NCBI GenBank assembly: GCA_030843315.1
Contig: JAUUPT010000012.1
Span: forward strand, 642-64,641
Direction: 5' to 3'
DNA: 64,000 nucleotides
DNA from: Bacteroidaceae bacterium
Lineage (GTDB): Bacteria; Bacteroidota; Bacteroidia; Bacteroidales; Bacteroidaceae
Shown: in pieces, positions 1-10,820 of the stretch
How the letters are laid out: each line of letters begins with the position of its first letter
Position numbering within the stretch: the first letter of the stretch is position 1
Program-made: the position numbers and the translations under genes
The notes under the pieces: generated by a model
Database searches by the model: none
What the model was told of the DNA's origin: nothing
What the model saw: only the letters and a program-made list of their open reading frames with translations

Positions 1-1572
1 ATGCCGTGCACTTATGGTGTGACTGCTGTTTTGCGGAAGAACCATTCTATTTTTGTAATAGGCAATAATACCTCTTCCGGGAAGGGTGGAATATGTATGC
101 TTCAAGGAAATATAATCCCTGTTGAAAGGGGACTTGGCTTTGTCAATATTCTTGTGATTATAGGTTATTTTGCCATATTGGCGGGTATCGGAATTTATTT
201 CTCGCGACGCCAGAAGAGTACAAACGATTATTTTAAAGGTGGTGGACGCATCCCCTGGTGGGCTGCCGGCCTGAGTCTTTTCGGAACAGCGTTGAGTGCT
301 ATAACATTCATGGCCATCCCTTCCAAAGCGTATGCTACAAATTGGAGTTATGCTCTGTTTAATGTCGGAATTCTGCTTGTGGCACCGATTATTGTTTTTG
401 TTTTTATTCCTTTCTTCAGAAAGCTGAATATTACAACTGCTTATGAATATCTGGAGATACGCTTTAATGCATTAATCCGTGTTATTTGTAGCCTGGCTTT
501 TATTTTATTCCAAGTAGGTCGTATGGGAGTAGTGCTTTTCCTGCCCTCCATCGCATTGAACGTGGTAACCGGACTGGACATATTTCTCTGCATAGGCATT
601 ATGGGTGTTTGCAGCATTCTGTATACGATGATAGGAGGAATAGAAGCCGTGGTGTGGACGGATGCCATTCAAGTCATTATATTGCTGGGAGGAGCCATTT
701 TTGCAGTAATATATATATCGTGTTCCCTTCCCGGTGGATTTTATGAAACGATTGATATTGCGGTAGCGAACAATAAGTTTGATATCGGGATGACGAATTT
801 TGATTTGAAAGATGCTACGGTATGGACTGTCCTGATAGCAGCATGCTTCACTCATCTTACTACTTACGGGACAGACCAGAGCATGGTGCAACGCTATCTC
901 ACTACATCTTCGATGAAAGAAGCGCGGAAAAGTCTTTGGACCAATGCCATCTTGACTGTTCCTGCCACTATTATTTTCTTCTTTATAGGAACAGCCCTTT
1001 ATGCTTATTATAAAGTGTATCCTGAGAATCTGAGTATTAGTATTCCTAATGGTGATGCCATCTTTCCCTGGTATATTTTTACACAGTTGCCGGCGGGTAT
1101 TGTGGGACTGCTCATTTCAGGAATTTTTGCTGCTGCAATGTCCACTCTCAGTGGTAGTATGAATTCTGCTGCAACGGCTTTTATTGTAGATATCTACTCG
1201 CGCTTCTTTCATAAATCCAATCAAGGATCCGAACTGCGTGCGGCGCGTATGGCGACTTGTATAATAGGGGTGATCAGTTTGTCTTTTGCCTTTTTAATGG
1301 CAACTTGGAATATTGCCTCTTTATGGGATGAATTTAATAAGATACTTGGGCTTATACTTGGAAGCATGGGCGGACTCTTCATGCTTGGACTGCTGACAAA
1401 ACGTGCCAATTCTACCGGAGCAATAATAGGGATCATAGCGAGTACTATCGTCCAACTGTTTGTTGCCAGATTTCAGGTATTGCATTTGCTTCTATACACT
1501 GCATCGGGATTTATCTCATGCTTTGTTATAGGCTATGTGGCAAGTCTGTGTTTTGGCTCTAAGAAAGACTAA
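1..1572 (+). CDS. Sodium:solute symporter (SSS), probable sialic/nonulosonic acid transporter; probably 5'-partial
   Basis: SSS motifs (YFKGGGRIPWWAAGLS, GGIEAVVWTD, DQSMVQRYL, FAAAMSTLSG) and many TM segments; next to a NanA-like lyase. The ORF is open from base 1. Confidence 0.9.
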   Translation: MPCTYGVTAVLRKNHSIFVIGNNTSSGKGGICMLQGNIIPVERGLGFVNILVIIGYFAILAGIGIYFSRRQKSTNDYFKGGGRIPWWAAGLSLFGTALSAITFMAIPSKAYATNWSYALFNVGILLVAPIIVFVFIPFFRKLNITTAYEYLEIRFNALIRVICSLAFILFQVGRMGVVLFLPSIALNVVTGLDIFLCIGIMGVCSILYTMIGGIEAVVWTDAIQVIILLGGAIFAVIYISCSLPGGFYETIDIAVANNKFDIGMTNFDLKDATVWTVLIAACFTHLTTYGTDQSMVQRYLTTSSMKEARKSLWTNAILTVPATIIFFFIGTALYAYYKVYPENLSISIPNGDAIFPWYIFTQLPAGIVGLLISGIFAAAMSTLSGSMNSAATAFIVDIYSRFFHKSNQGSELRAARMATCIIGVISLSFAFLMATWNIASLWDEFNKILGLILGSMGGLFMLGLLTKRANSTGAIIGIIASTIVQLFVARFQVLHLLLYTASGFISCFVIGYVASLCFGSKKD

Positions 1573-1604
1573 CTTTTATCATTAATTATAATATACTCTA
1601 ATTT

Positions 1605-2522
1605 ATGGACAAACAACTTTTAACAGGATTAATTGCTGCGCCATTTACGGCAATGCACGAAGATGGTTCTTTGAATTTGCAGGTCATAAAGCCGTATGCA
1701 GAATTCTTAATTAGCAGAAAATGCGTAACGGGGATATTTATTTGTGGTACTACAGGAGAGTCTGTGTCTTTGACGACAGAAGAACGCAAAGCAATAGCGG
1801 AAAAGTGGGTTGAATCGGTCGGAGGAAAATTGGAAGTAATTGTACATGTTGGCGGTATGTCACAGGTTCAGTGTTCCGAACTGGCGGTTCATGCCCAAGC
1901 TATCGGGGCGGACAGGATAGCAGCCATGGCACCTTGTTTCTTCAAACCTGAATCTGTAGATGACTTGATTCATTTCTTTAAGCCGATAGCAGCGTCTGCT
2001 CCCAAACTGCCATTTTATTACTATAATATGCCATCAATAACTGGAGTCTCATTGCCTGTGCATACTTTCCTCTCCGAAGGCAAGAAACAGATTCCAAACT
2101 TAGTGGGAGTGAAATTCACCCATAATAATCTGATGGAGATGCAGCAATGCATCCATGTGGATAATGGGGCATTCGAGGTATTGCATGGATTTGATGAGAT
2201 TCTGATTACCGGACTTTCGGTTGGAGCTAAGGCTGCGGTAGGAAGCACCTATAATTATGTTCCGGGTATATATAAGGAGGTGATGGATGCAATGGAAAAA
2301 GGAGATCTTGATACTGCTCGCGAAATGCAATGGAAATCAGTGGAAATTATTGATATACTGATAAAACATGGCGGAGGAGTCAGAGGAGGTAAGATCTTTA
2401 TGAAACTTGCGGGGATAGATTGTGGCCCATGCCGTTTACCGATAGCTCCTTGCTCAGAAAGGGAATTGGAAGAGACAAGAGAAGAATTAAGCCATACCGA
2501 TTTCTTTAAATATATTAATTAA
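1605..2522 (+). CDS. nanA: N-acetylneuraminate lyase / DHDPS-family ulosonic acid aldolase
   Basis: GTTGE motif, FYYYNMPSITG, Schiff-base Lys in GVKFT, and AVGSTYN. Confidence 0.88.
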   Translation: MDKQLLTGLIAAPFTAMHEDGSLNLQVIKPYAEFLISRKCVTGIFICGTTGESVSLTTEERKAIAEKWVESVGGKLEVIVHVGGMSQVQCSELAVHAQAIGADRIAAMAPCFFKPESVDDLIHFFKPIAASAPKLPFYYYNMPSITGVSLPVHTFLSEGKKQIPNLVGVKFTHNNLMEMQQCIHVDNGAFEVLHGFDEILITGLSVGAKAAVGSTYNYVPGIYKEVMDAMEKGDLDTAREMQWKSVEIIDILIKHGGGVRGGKIFMKLAGIDCGPCRLPIAPCSERELEETREELSHTDFFKYIN

Positions 2523-2615
2523 CTAAAACATGATGCCTATGGAGATATAACAATGAATAATGTCCTAAATAGCTTAATTAGCTAAACAGAGTTTATAAGT
2601 CTCAATAAAAAGAGA

Positions 2616-2648
2616 GGGGAAACGAGTTTTCGCACTTCCCGTTTCCCC
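2616..2648 (+). promoter_or_regulatory. Stem-loop in the susC leader (terminator, attenuator or processing site)
   Basis: GGGGAAACG (2616-2624) pairs with CGTTTCCCC (2640-2648). Confidence 0.5.
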
Positions 2649-2693
2649 AAAAATAAATTACCGAAATAGTTTATTAATAAAATCGTAACAAAG

Positions 2694-5600
2694 ATGAGAA
2701 AAAAAATCCGTTTTCACCTCATAACCTTTCTACTATTTTGCCCCTTCCTGCTTTGGGCGCAAGAATTCAACTTGTCAGGTGTAGTTGTAGACAATATGGG
2801 TGAAACTCTTCCTGGAGTTTCCATAGCAATAAAAGGAACGACTCGGGGAGTTATCACAGATATAAATGGAGCTTTCCAGTTAAAAGCTAATAAAGGAGAA
2901 ATACTTGTATTTTCATACGTAGGCTATGATGAGCAACAAGTAGTGGTTGCCGATCAGAAAAAAATGAACATTACCATGAAGCCGACAACTCTTGGCTTGG
3001 ATGAAGTGGTAGTGGTGGGCTATGGTACCCAGTCCAAACGCACAGTAACGTCTGCCATTAGTAAAGTGGATGGGGAAACCTTGAAGTCAACCCCTATCAA
3101 TACAGTAGGAGAGGGTTTGAAAGGAAAGATTGCCGGTGTACGTGTGTACAATACCAATAATACTCCGGGAGCAGAAGCCACCTTCCTGGTTCGTGGAGGT
3201 TCGTCCATCAGCCAGAGTAATTCGCCTCTGATTCTTGTTGACGGCATAGAACGCAGTACGGCGGGTATAAACCCTAATGACATTGAATCTATCGAAGTTT
3301 TGAAAGATGCTGCTTCTTCTGCAATTTATGGTTCGCGTGCATCTAATGGTGTTGTATTAATTACAACAAAGAAGGGAAAGAGCGGTACGCCGCGGGTGAC
3401 GTTTGAAGCCTCTTTTGCCAATGAGAATGTAGAACGTATGATTAAATACCTGGATGCAGCCCAGGCAGTTACTATTATGCGTGATCGTTGGGCTTCCGGA
3501 CCTACACCTGAAAAGCTCTATCTTGACGGATATGCCTATAGTTCCGGCAATACCGATGCTTCTAAATATTCTACCCGCTACCTGAAAGACGGGGAAAGCA
3601 TTCCGGCAGGATGGAAGTCGGTGGCTGATCCGTTGGATCCCAGCAAGACTTTGATTTTTGAAGATAACGACTGGGCCGGTACTTGCTTTAAGAATGCTCT
3701 TTGGCAGAATTATTATGTAGGTATAGAGGGTGGAACGGAGAAGCTGAGCTATGTAGGCAGCGTCGGCTATATGAAAGACTCCGGTGTGGGAGTCGGTACG
3801 GCATTCGACCGTTTCAACGCCCGTACAAACGTGACAGCCAAGATAAGAGACAACTTGACTTTCAGCAGTAATATCGATTACAGCCAGACGAATAGCGAAG
3901 AGTATGCCAGCCAATACCAGGTAATTACCCGTGGATTGATGACTCCGGCCACTCAACGTAAGTATTGGGTTTCTGATAACGAATGGTATGGAACTCCGAC
4001 TCCGGGACCTAACTCGTCTTCTCCCAATCCCAGCTTTTATTCGTATTACAATGATAATAACCAACGCACTAATCGTCTGGGCTTGGTGGGTTCTCTCGAT
4101 TGGGAGATTCTGAAAGGATGGCATGCTGTCGGTACGGCTTCATTGTTTACCCAAAATAATCATGGAGATACCTTTATGCGCGCAAATCCGATGAATGGTA
4201 CGCGCCAGGCAACTACCAACATGACAGATGAACAACGTAAGAAATTAGAATTCTATACCAGTTATGCCAGGACATTTGCTGAGAAACATAGTATTAGTGT
4301 TATGGCGGGATACTCATATCAGCAATATCTGTATAAGTATGTATATGCGGCCACTACGGGACATAGCTCGGATAAAATTCCTACACTGAACGGTGGTTCT
4401 GTATATGCCGATGCAACAAGTATCAAACAGGAGGATGTGAATATCGGTTATTTTGGTCGTCTTAATTACGATTACTTAAAAAGATATATGTTGACTGTTA
4501 CTTTCCGTGAAGACGGGTCATCCCGTTTCGCTAAAGGCAATCAGTGGGGCTTTTTCCCCGGAGTATCTGCCGGATGGGTTATGAGCGATGAACCTTTCAT
4601 GGAAGATGTCGATTTCATTAGCAATTTGAAGTGGCGCGGCAGTTATGGACAAACAGGTAATAACTCCGTAGGATATTACGATGCACTGGGTTTATATGCC
4701 ATCACGACAAGTTACGACCAGGAAGCGGCAACCGTTTCTTCCGCCATGCCCAATAAGGCACTTGAATGGGAAACTTCTACGCAACTGGATTTAGGCTTTG
4801 ACTTAGGGCTACTCAATAACCGTATCATCCTGGGTGTGGATTACTTTAATAAAGTTACGGATAATCTGATAACTTCTACTGTATTACCCAATACATCGGG
4901 ATATGGCTCTATTCTCACTAACTTGGGTAAAGTTCGTTTCCGTGGTTTTGATGCCGAAATAACAACGCGTAATATCGTGAAAAAAGATTTTACCTGGGAA
5001 TCTAAGTTTACAATTACCTATGTGAAGAATAAAGTTCTCAAATTGCCCGATAACGGACGGGATAGAAACCGCCAGGGAGGATATTCTGTGAAAATGCAGG
5101 ATGGAACAACCAAAGAATTCGGAGGTGTTGCCGAGGGTGAGCCGCTAGGACGTTTTTACGGATACAAGAAAGATTTTATCATTACAACTCCCGAACAAGC
5201 TGCCAATGCCCGTTATGATACTTCATCCAAAGGATGGGACTGGACTACTAAGCAGAATATAGGTGTCGGAAAAAAGACTATTGGAGACTATGAGTGGAAA
5301 GACTTGAATGGCGATAACATTATCAACAGTAATGATATGTTCTTGCTGGGTAATACCATTCCCCATACAACCGGAGGTTTAAATAATACATTCACTTACA
5401 AAGGATTTACATTGAATGTTTATTTAGACTTTGCATTGGGACATTCCATATCCAATGGTTATCTGCAACGCCAGATGTGTAACTTCATGGCGGGAAATAC
5501 CAGTTTACCGGCTGAAATCCTTAAATGCTGGAATGTGGGAGATGATCCGGCAACAGCGAAATATGCCCGTTTCTCCGGCAACGACTCCGACGAATTAAAT

Positions 5601-5873
5601 AAAAACTTCCGTGATAACTCGGATGTCTTTACCCAGAAAGGCGATTACCTCTGTATTCGTGAGATCTCTCTGCAATATGCATTGCCTCAAACTTTACTCT
5701 CTAAAACGGGCTTGAAAGGACTTGTATTTACACTGGCAGGAAATAATCTGCATTATTTCACGGAGGTTATAGGACTTTCTCCTGAAGTTGGTGCGTCAAG
5801 TACTTATTCAACGGGCTATAATACGTATCCGGCTATCCGTAAATTGTCTGTCGGATGTAAGATTACTTTGTGA
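2694..5873 (+). CDS. susC: SusC/RagA TonB-dependent transporter
   Basis: Signal peptide, CarboxypepD-like N-domain, LDEVVVVGYG, INPNDIESIEVLKDAASSAIYGSRASNGVVLITTK, and a beta-barrel C-terminus. Confidence 0.97.
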   Translation: MRKKIRFHLITFLLFCPFLLWAQEFNLSGVVVDNMGETLPGVSIAIKGTTRGVITDINGAFQLKANKGEILVFSYVGYDEQQVVVADQKKMNITMKPTTLGLDEVVVVGYGTQSKRTVTSAISKVDGETLKSTPINTVGEGLKGKIAGVRVYNTNNTPGAEATFLVRGGSSISQSNSPLILVDGIERSTAGINPNDIESIEVLKDAASSAIYGSRASNGVVLITTKKGKSGTPRVTFEASFANENVERMIKYLDAAQAVTIMRDRWASGPTPEKLYLDGYAYSSGNTDASKYSTRYLKDGESIPAGWKSVADPLDPSKTLIFEDNDWAGTCFKNALWQNYYVGIEGGTEKLSYVGSVGYMKDSGVGVGTAFDRFNARTNVTAKIRDNLTFSSNIDYSQTNSEEYASQYQVITRGLMTPATQRKYWVSDNEWYGTPTPGPNSSSPNPSFYSYYNDNNQRTNRLGLVGSLDWEILKGWHAVGTASLFTQNNHGDTFMRANPMNGTRQATTNMTDEQRKKLEFYTSYARTFAEKHSISVMAGYSYQQYLYKYVYAATTGHSSDKIPTLNGGSVYADATSIKQEDVNIGYFGRLNYDYLKRYMLTVTFREDGSSRFAKGNQWGFFPGVSAGWVMSDEPFMEDVDFISNLKWRGSYGQTGNNSVGYYDALGLYAITTSYDQEAATVSSAMPNKALEWETSTQLDLGFDLGLLNNRIILGVDYFNKVTDNLITSTVLPNTSGYGSILTNLGKVRFRGFDAEITTRNIVKKDFTWESKFTITYVKNKVLKLPDNGRDRNRQGGYSVKMQDGTTKEFGGVAEGEPLGRFYGYKKDFIITTPEQAANARYDTSSKGWDWTTKQNIGVGKKTIGDYEWKDLNGDNIINSNDMFLLGNTIPHTTGGLNNTFTYKGFTLNVYLDFALGHSISNGYLQRQMCNFMAGNTSLPAEILKCWNVGDDPATAKYARFSGNDSDELNKNFRDNSDVFTQKGDYLCIREISLQYALPQTLLSKTGLKGLVFTLAGNNLHYFTEVIGLSPEVGASSTYSTGYNTYPAIRKLSVGCKITL

Positions 5874-5904
5874 TAATAGAAGTTTAATACGAAAAATAAG
5901 AGTT

Positions 5905-7392
5905 ATGAAAATTAAAATATTATCTGGTATTATTCTTGTAGGTAGCGCCTCGCTTCTTATGGCTTGTCATGGAGATTTGAATGTGGAACAACCCAGTCAG
6001 TTTACCAGTGTATCCATGTGGACAGAGGAGAGCGATGCTACAAGTGCGGTAAATGGTGCATACACCCAATTCCGTTCCGCTTTTTCGGAAGCACTTAATA
6101 TCTATGGAGAGATGCGTTCCAATCTGTATGAGAGTGGGGCGGTGAATGATGCTTTCTTTAACAGAGTTGGTACAAACGTGCTTTTAAGCAATGATTCGGG
6201 TACGGACTGGAGCAGTATCTACACTACTATTAATAGTGCGAACCTGATATTGAAACATACGCCGGATATTTCTTTTGTCAAGGAAGCCACGCGTAATGAA
6301 GTGATGGCTAATGCTCATTTCCTGCGGGCATATTGTTATTTCACTTTGGTACGGGTGTTTGGTGACTGTCCGCTCCTGACTTCCGGTTTTGAGTCGGAAA
6401 AGCAAAACGACATGTATCCTACCCGTACTCCTGCCACCGAGGTATATGCCCAGGTCGAAGCTGATATTGAAGAGGCTCTGAGATTGATGCCTGCATCATC
6501 CAGGTTGCTTCATAAAGCATCTCCTGCAGCTATCAATATGCTGCGCACAGAATATTATTTATGGAAAGCAAAGCGCCTCGGTGGTGGTGATGCAGCCTTG
6601 AAAACGGCGCAAACCTCTGTTGACGCAGTGCTGGGAGCCGGCTATACATTACTTCCGAATTTTACAGACCTGTTCAAAGTGGACAACGAATCTAATGCAG
6701 AATTTATCTGGGCATTGCCTTATACTATTAATGAAAATGTAAGTCCGGGGAAATCGCCAAACTTCTTCGCTTTGTACCTGGCCCCTCTTTCCGATAAAAC
6801 CAGATTGGAGGACTATACCGAAGATGAAGTTCCTACCGGTTCTCATGCACAGTACGTCATCCCGACACAGGCTTATTGTGATTTCCTTGCATCGGATGCA
6901 CGTGATACCCGTGCAAATGTTTCGGTACGAGTATTCGACGACCCGTATCTGAATGAAACATTGCTACTGCGCCGAATGATTGTGAAGTTCAAAGGCTCGT
7001 GGGTGAACGAGACACGCTGCTTTGACAGTGATGTACCTGTTTATCGTTTAGCCGAAGCCTATCTTCTAAAGGCCGAAGTAGAGAATGCATTGGGCAATAC
7101 GGATGCTGCCCTACAATACTTGAATGTAGTAGCCAAACGTGCTTATGGAGTAGATAACTACTATAGTGTGAGAACTAAAGACGGCATTGACAATGCTATC
7201 ATTGACGAAATATTGAAGGAATTTGTTTCCGAGTCTAAGTCATGGTGGGCATTCCTTCGTTTCAATAAAGAATTTGAGCGTATTGAAACATTGAAGGGAC
7301 GCGAGGGAGAAAAGAATGTCACTTTGTGGCCTGTATCGGCTTCTTGCCTCAATACGAATCCCAACATCACACAGACGGAAGGTTATAAATAA
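5905..7392 (+). CDS. susD: SusD/RagB lipoprotein
   Basis: Start moved to ATG 5905 (MKIKILSG...LMAC lipobox). TPR-like AHFLRAYCYFTLVRVFG, YRLAEAYLLKAE and C-terminal NPNITQTEGY; directly after susC. Confidence 0.95.
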   Translation: MKIKILSGIILVGSASLLMACHGDLNVEQPSQFTSVSMWTEESDATSAVNGAYTQFRSAFSEALNIYGEMRSNLYESGAVNDAFFNRVGTNVLLSNDSGTDWSSIYTTINSANLILKHTPDISFVKEATRNEVMANAHFLRAYCYFTLVRVFGDCPLLTSGFESEKQNDMYPTRTPATEVYAQVEADIEEALRLMPASSRLLHKASPAAINMLRTEYYLWKAKRLGGGDAALKTAQTSVDAVLGAGYTLLPNFTDLFKVDNESNAEFIWALPYTINENVSPGKSPNFFALYLAPLSDKTRLEDYTEDEVPTGSHAQYVIPTQAYCDFLASDARDTRANVSVRVFDDPYLNETLLLRRMIVKFKGSWVNETRCFDSDVPVYRLAEAYLLKAEVENALGNTDAALQYLNVVAKRAYGVDNYYSVRTKDGIDNAIIDEILKEFVSESKSWWAFLRFNKEFERIETLKGREGEKNVTLWPVSASCLNTNPNITQTEGYK

Positions 7393-7406
7393 AGCAATAA
7401 AAGAAT

Positions 7407-9038
7407 ATGAAATCGAAGACAATGCTTATGTCGCTTATATTGGCTCTGACCTTTGCGGCATGCCAATCGTACACGGGTAAGATAATGGTAGAAGGCAGGC
7501 AGTTCGTATATCCGGTACTGACAATGAGGGAGCATAATCCTGTGTTGTGCTTGCAATTGATCAGAGATAACGGGGATAGCTATCAACTGAAAGAACTGGA
7601 TTTTACTTTGGATGGAAGTACATGTCCCGATGATATATCTTCGGCTTCTCTTTTTCTGGACGAAGTCGGCAGCCAACGTTGTGCTGACGCTAAGCCTGAG
7701 AATGGGAAACTTTCTTTCAAAACAGACTTTCAGATAGATAAGGATACACTGCTCTGCTGGATAACACTCAAGTTGAAGGATACTGCGGCACAGTCTACGA
7801 ATAAAATTCAAATCTCTTGCAATAAAATTAGGGTTAACTATGGTTTGGTGGATATCCACCGCTTGCCTGCTGCGAAGCCACTCCGTGTAGGAGTGGCTCT
7901 TCGGCAGCATGGTCAGGATGGTGTGCACACTTCACGCATACCGGGATTGACTACTTCGAAGAAGGGGACTTTGCTGGCTCTGTATGATGCACGCAATGAA
8001 AAGGACGATGATTTGCAAGGAGATATTGATATAGCTGTGAATCGTAGTGAGGATGGAGGCTGCACCTGGCAGCCCATACAAAAGGTATTGGATATGGGCG
8101 AGTGGGGCGGACTGCCCGAACGGTATAATGGAGTGAGTGATGGATGCATCTTATCTGATGACGTGACGGGCGATCTTTATGTTATCGGCTTGTGGATGCA
8201 TGGCGTTTTAGATCCTAAGACGGGCAAATGGATAGAGAATCTCACTGATACATCGACCGTATGGAATCATCAATGGCGTGCACATGGCTCGCAGCCGGGC
8301 TATGGCGTCAAACAAAGTTCCCAATTCCTGATAAGTAAAAGTACCGACGACGGCCGCACCTGGAGCGAACCGCGTAATATTACCCGCCAGGTGAAGCAAG
8401 AAAAATGGTGGCTGCTTGCTCCGGCTCCCGGAAGAGGTATTACGATGGAAGATGGTACGCTGGTTTTCCCGGTAGAAGGCAGAGATGAGAAAGGACTTCA
8501 ATTCTCCACTATAATGTGGAGCAAAGACAGGGGAGAGAACTGGGCGGTAGGAGAGCCTGCATACTTCAATACGAACGAGTGCCAGGTTGTGGAACTGTCC
8601 GATCATTCACTGATGCTGAATATGCGTGAACGGAGCAACCGGGGGCGTCAGGAAGGAAACGGACGTGCTATATCCGTTACACGGGATTTGGGAAAAACAT
8701 GGGTGGAACATTCCACTTCCCGCTCTGCCCTTATCGAACCGGCATGCCAGGCATCCTTATTGCGGCATAACTATGTGAAAGACGGGAAGAATTGCCATGT
8801 GCTGCTTTTTGCTAACCCGAGTTCCAAGGAACGTCGGGATAACATAACCATCAAGGTGAGCTTTGATGATGGGCAGACGTGGCCCGAAGAGTATTGGTTA
8901 TTGCTCGATGAAGGTAGGGGAGCCGGTTACTCGTGCATGACTTCCATCGATGAGCAAACCATAGGTATCTTTTATGAAGGTAGCCAGGCCGATATTCAGT
9001 TCCAGGCTATCCCTTTGAGCGATTTATTAAAAAAGTAG
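7407..9038 (+). CDS. nanH: GH33 sialidase lipoprotein
   Basis: Lipobox FAAC, SRIP (F/YRIP variant) and five Asp-boxes: SEDGGCTW, STDDGRTW, SKDRGENW, TRDLGKTW, SFDDGQTW. Confidence 0.93.
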   Translation: MKSKTMLMSLILALTFAACQSYTGKIMVEGRQFVYPVLTMREHNPVLCLQLIRDNGDSYQLKELDFTLDGSTCPDDISSASLFLDEVGSQRCADAKPENGKLSFKTDFQIDKDTLLCWITLKLKDTAAQSTNKIQISCNKIRVNYGLVDIHRLPAAKPLRVGVALRQHGQDGVHTSRIPGLTTSKKGTLLALYDARNEKDDDLQGDIDIAVNRSEDGGCTWQPIQKVLDMGEWGGLPERYNGVSDGCILSDDVTGDLYVIGLWMHGVLDPKTGKWIENLTDTSTVWNHQWRAHGSQPGYGVKQSSQFLISKSTDDGRTWSEPRNITRQVKQEKWWLLAPAPGRGITMEDGTLVFPVEGRDEKGLQFSTIMWSKDRGENWAVGEPAYFNTNECQVVELSDHSLMLNMRERSNRGRQEGNGRAISVTRDLGKTWVEHSTSRSALIEPACQASLLRHNYVKDGKNCHVLLFANPSSKERRDNITIKVSFDDGQTWPEEYWLLLDEGRGAGYSCMTSIDEQTIGIFYEGSQADIQFQAIPLSDLLKK

Positions 9039-9060
9039 GAATCATTAAAATCTAAGTATT

Positions 9061-9729
9061 ATGAAACGCAGTGAAATCAATCAATATATTCGTGAGGCTA
9101 AATCTTTTATGGCCCAATATCAATTTCTGTTGCCGCCGTGGGCAGATTGGACGCCAACCGACTGGAAAACGAAAGGAGCCGAGTGCAATGATATCAGAGA
9201 AAGAGCGATGGGATGGGATTTGACAGACTTCGGTTGGGGCGATTTTCTGAATATCGGACTTACTTTGGTAACGCTCCGTAATGGAAGTTTGCAGAAGAAA
9301 GACAAACCATATTGTGAGAAAATAATGTTTGTCCGTTGCGGGCAAGTCACGCCAACCCATTTCCACTGGCTGAAAACGGAAGATATAATCAACCGGGGTG
9401 GGGGCACTCTTTGTATGCGCCTTTGGAAAGCGGACAAAGAACAGGAAACGCTGACCGAAGACCCAATAACGGTTTCTATTGATGGAATCCAGACTCGGGT
9501 AGTTCCGGGTGAAACTTTGTACCTTGCTCCGGGACAGAGCATCTGCTACGAACCCTACCTCTATCACACCTTCTGGGCCGAAAATGACCATTGCCTGGTA
9601 GGAGAGGTTTCTACGGTGAACGATGACCTGAAAGATAATTGCTTTCTCACTCCTAAAGGACGTTTCCCGCAAATAGAAGAGGACGAAGCGGCAGAACATC
9701 TGTTGTGTAACGAATACTCTAAATTGTAA
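9061..9729 (+). CDS. D-lyxose/D-mannose-family ketol-isomerase (cupin)
   Basis: MKRSEIN start, GWDLTDFG, YCEKIM, TPTHFHWLKTEDIINRGGG and VGEVSTVNDD are typical of the D-lyxose isomerase family. Confidence 0.85.
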   Translation: MKRSEINQYIREAKSFMAQYQFLLPPWADWTPTDWKTKGAECNDIRERAMGWDLTDFGWGDFLNIGLTLVTLRNGSLQKKDKPYCEKIMFVRCGQVTPTHFHWLKTEDIINRGGGTLCMRLWKADKEQETLTEDPITVSIDGIQTRVVPGETLYLAPGQSICYEPYLYHTFWAENDHCLVGEVSTVNDDLKDNCFLTPKGRFPQIEEDEAAEHLLCNEYSKL

Positions 9730-9734
9730 ACCGG

Positions 9735-10820
9735 ATGAACGATAAAGCTAATATAACGGGATTAAAGCCCGGGAACTTCCAATCTGTTATTGACGGGAAA
9801 GAGACGGACCTTTATGTTCTCCGCAATGAGAATGGGATGGAGATATGTGTCACAAACTACGGAGCTATTGTCTTATCCATTATGGTTCCCGATTGTCATG
9901 GTGAGTTCGGGAATGTAGTTATAGGCTGCGATACACTCGAAGAAGCCCGCCGACAGAGTAGAGACTATTATATAGGAGCTACTATTGGCCCTGTAGCCGG
10001 ACGTATATTGCAGGGCACCTTTCGTGTAGGTGGGAAAGATTACTGTATGCCGCTTAATTCTGTTCCGAATACGCTTCATAGTGGGGATAATGGTTTTCAT
10101 ACAGTCGTATGGCAAGCACAGCAACAGTTCGAGAATCAACTCCTTCTCCGGTATTCTTATTCGGACGGGGAGGCGGGCTTTCCAGGAAATATCATGGTTA
10201 AGATGACTTATACGTTGACCGAAGAGAATGCATTCCGCATAGATTATGAAGCAGAGACAGATAAGGATACTCTCTTTGCTCCTACAAACCATGCCTATTT
10301 TAATCTTGCGGGTACGGGGAATCCTACTGCTACCATTGAAGATCATCTTGTGAAGATCAATGCCGATTTCTATCTGCCGACCGATTCGAATACCAATCAT
10401 ACCGGAGAGGTCAGTACGGTAACAGATACTCCTTTTGACTTCCGTTGCTATCATGCCATTGGTGAACGTATTAATCAGCAACATGTGCAGTTGCTCAACG
10501 GACATGGTTACGACCATTGCTTCGTTTTGAAAAAGCCTGCATTGCACGAACTTTCTTATGCCGCTACCTGCATAAGTCCTTCCAGCGGACGCCGATTGGA
10601 TATCTACACCACAGAACCTGGACTTATCATGTATACCGGCAACTATTTGCCGGGATTCACCGGCATGCACGGCACAACATATCCGAGGCGCAGTGCTGTT
10701 TGTTTTGAGACGGAGTGTTTTCCCGATACTCCCAATAACCAGCATTTCCCCTCTATTGTATTGCAGAGAGGAAACGTTTATAAACAAATATGTATTTATC
10801 AATTCAGTACACAGTTATGA
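9735..10820 (+). CDS. galM: Aldose 1-epimerase (mutarotase)
   Basis: NYGA, LHSG, GFPGN, TNHAYFNL, GYDH, YTGN and CFETECFPD motifs. Confidence 0.9.
   Translation: MNDKANITGLKPGNFQSVIDGKETDLYVLRNENGMEICVTNYGAIVLSIMVPDCHGEFGNVVIGCDTLEEARRQSRDYYIGATIGPVAGRILQGTFRVGGKDYCMPLNSVPNTLHSGDNGFHTVVWQAQQQFENQLLLRYSYSDGEAGFPGNIMVKMTYTLTEENAFRIDYEAETDKDTLFAPTNHAYFNLAGTGNPTATIEDHLVKINADFYLPTDSNTNHTGEVSTVTDTPFDFRCYHAIGERINQQHVQLLNGHGYDHCFVLKKPALHELSYAATCISPSSGRRLDIYTTEPGLIMYTGNYLPGFTGMHGTTYPRRSAVCFETECFPDTPNNQHFPSIVLQRGNVYKQICIYQFSTQL

Noticed and set aside
5788..5904. N-terminal extensions in the ORF track (susD; also gadB, ald, M23, DUF4783-like, ECF sigma)
   Set aside because: Downstream starts give proper signal peptides or family N-termini and avoid overlap with promoters or neighbouring genes.
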